From NCBI GenBank assembly GCA_947478985.1, contig CANJYC010000001.1:1-27095 (forward strand): a DNA stretch of 27,095 nt, in the 5' to 3' direction. Of this stretch, positions 25,442 through 27,095 are shown piece by piece (the stretch's first letter is position 1; each line of letters begins with the position of its first letter). Under the pieces are notes generated by a model. It saw nothing but the letters and a program-made list of their open reading frames with translations. It searched no databases and was not told the DNA's origin. Made by a program: the position numbers and the translations under genes. The DNA is from Acidobacteriota bacterium. Lineage in GTDB: Bacteria > Acidobacteriota > Vicinamibacteria > Vicinamibacterales > UBA2999.

Positions 25442-27095
25442 TTAGAACGCCACGCGGAAGCCGAGCTGGAACTTGCGCTGCTCGAAGCCGGTGGGGTTCA
25501 CGAACTGATACGCATCGGCCGGGATCGCCACCGTCGGATTGCCTGCCGTGTCGGTGGCCCGTGTCCTCGTCACGTCCGACATCTGCTCCGTGTTGAAGAC
25601 GTTCTTCATCTCCGCCACGACCTCACCCTTCACCGAGCCGCGCACCGGAATCGACCGCGTGTAGCGGAAATCGACGTTCTTGCGCACCGGCAGGTAGAGC
25701 GAGTTCCGCGACACGCCGAGCGGACGGTCGCTCAGCACGCCGTCGAGGTTCAGGTCCTGATTGGCCAGGATGTTGATCGGCAGCCCGCTGTTGATCTGGA
25801 TGAGCACCCCGATCTGGTTGCCGCTCAGGAGGTGCCGCACCACGGCGTTCGACGCATTGCTCGATGAGGTGTAGACGACATCACCGGTCAGGTTGTGGCG
25901 CATGTCGAGCGGGTTCGGCCCCTTGTCGCGGTCGAGGTTCGTCGGATCCGAACGCCCGGGCTCGGATTGCACCGTCAGCTGCGTGAGGAGCGGTGTGTTG
26001 TCCTCACCCTTGCCGAACGAGTACTGCGCGTTGAACGTGAGCCCGGAGGCGAAACGCTTGGAAGTCTGCAGCGTCACCCCCTTGAAGGTCGACTCACCGA
26101 TCGAGGTCACCGAGCTGATGTGGTTGAACCTCGGGTCGAGCCTTGTGCTCGCGTTGACGGCCGTGCTGAAGATCGGGCGCCCATCACCGAGCGACCCCGT
26201 CGGGTTGATCATGTTGATGTCGGTCACGACGGGCAGCTGAGACCCCTTGGCATACATCAGGCTCAGCGACGCGGTCAGGTTGCTGGCAAAGGCGTGTTCC
26301 ACCTGCACGCTGCTCTGCCAGGTGTGCGCCACCTCGAAGTTGGGGTCGATCGTCCAGGGCGACTGGGTGCTGAGCGTCCCTGAACTCACGGCCGCCGGGA
26401 ACGCCGGCGCACCGGCCTGGGTCGGGTTGAAGGTGTAGACCGGCGCCCGGGGCGAACCGGACTGTGAAATCGCCTGCTCGATGCCGCCGAGCAACGCCTG
26501 GTCGTACATCACGCCGGTGCTCGCTCGCATCACCGTCGTCGGATTCACCGTCCACGCGATGCCGGCGCGCGGCCCGACGTTGTTGCGGTCGATGTTGAAA
26601 GCCTTCGAGGACGCGAGCGGCGCATTCGCGACCCCGTCGGGGTACTGGTAGAGGTCGTAGCGCAGGCCGTAGAGGAGCTTGACGGACCGTGCGATCTGCC
26701 AGTCATCCTGCACGAACGCGCTGACCAGGTCGGTTGACAGGTTGAACGACCGATCGCCGGTCAGCTGCGACATCGCGCTGTAGCTGAACGGGTTCTCCCC
26801 GCTGCGCGCCGACGAATAGGCCGCCAGCGTGGGGAACGTGTAGAGCCACTGCGGCGCGCTGGTGCGCTCGTCGTAGATGTGCTGCCAGTCGAAGCCGAAC
26901 TTGTAGCTGTGGCTGGACCGGATGTAGGTGAAGTTGTCGATCACCTGCGAGATGTTCTGCTTGAAGTCAAAGCCGGCGCTGTTCTGGCCGGCATCGCTGA
27001 CGGGACCGCCGAATGCGGCAATGCCCGTGACCAGAATGGCCGGGCCCTTGCCCGAATCGCCGTTGGCCACCGACGACTGATGGCGATGCGCGTAC
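25442..27095 (-). CDS. 3' part of a TonB-dependent receptor (Oar-like); 5' end lies beyond the window
   Basis: Frame stays open to the window edge (YAHRHQSSVANG...). FVQDDWQI, L.YGLRYDL, D.NN.GPR.G.AW, amphipathic strands, C-terminal FQLGFRVAF. Confidence 0.9.
   Translation of the reverse strand, partial: YAHRHQSSVANGDSGKGPAILVTGIAAFGGPVSDAGQNSAGFDFKQNISQVIDNFTYIRSSHSYKFGFDWQHIYDERTSAPQWLYTFPTLAAYSSARSGENPFSYSAMSQLTGDRSFNLSTDLVSAFVQDDWQIARSVKLLYGLRYDLYQYPDGVANAPLASSKAFNIDRNNVGPRAGIAWTVNPTTVMRASTGVMYDQALLGGIEQAISQSGSPRAPVYTFNPTQAGAPAFPAAVSSGTLSTQSPWTIDPNFEVAHTWQSSVQVEHAFASNLTASLSLMYAKGSQLPVVTDINMINPTGSLGDGRPIFSTAVNASTRLDPRFNHISSVTSIGESTFKGVTLQTSKRFASGLTFNAQYSFGKGEDNTPLLTQLTVQSEPGRSDPTNLDRDKGPNPLDMRHNLTGDVVYTSSSNASNAVVRHLLSGNQIGVLIQINSGLPINILANQDLNLDGVLSDRPLGVSRNSLYLPVRKNVDFRYTRSIPVRGSVKGEVVAEMKNVFNTEQMSDVTRTRATDTAGNPTVAIPADAYQFVNPTGFEQRKFQLGFRVAF

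Overview
GC-rich bacterial chromosomal window. Gene content (Oar-like TonB-dependent receptor, DUF1800/DUF1501, SYLF) suggests Acidobacteriota, possibly Vicinamibacterales; this is an inference. The left third is housekeeping: the 5' end of a divergent SixA-like gene, metK, a lipoprotein, and a hisIGDCBHFA operon followed by an MFS transporter. The his operon is preceded by an element the ORF track misses: a 27-aa leader peptide with 7 His codons (1883-1966) inside a complete four-segment transcription attenuator (protector, antiterminator, U8 terminator). The middle holds small envelope proteins: Met-rich secreted, SH3-like secreted, and a K-channel-like protein with a non-canonical filter. 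A 13.5-kb minus-strand run follows: DUF1800-DUF1501-SYLF, a YbhGFSR-like ABC exporter with TolC and split NBDs, a GT-C/TMTC-like membrane protein, an ankyrin-like protein, and a methyltransferase-fold protein with degenerate motifs. The right end has a VOC protein and the 3' part of a TonB-dependent receptor. A heptamer intergenic repeat (TAGGCAG/TGGGCGG) occurs at three junctions, and several genes look leaderless. No rRNA, tRNA, CRISPR array or mobile element was seen. All family assignments come from motif recognition by eye, not database searches.
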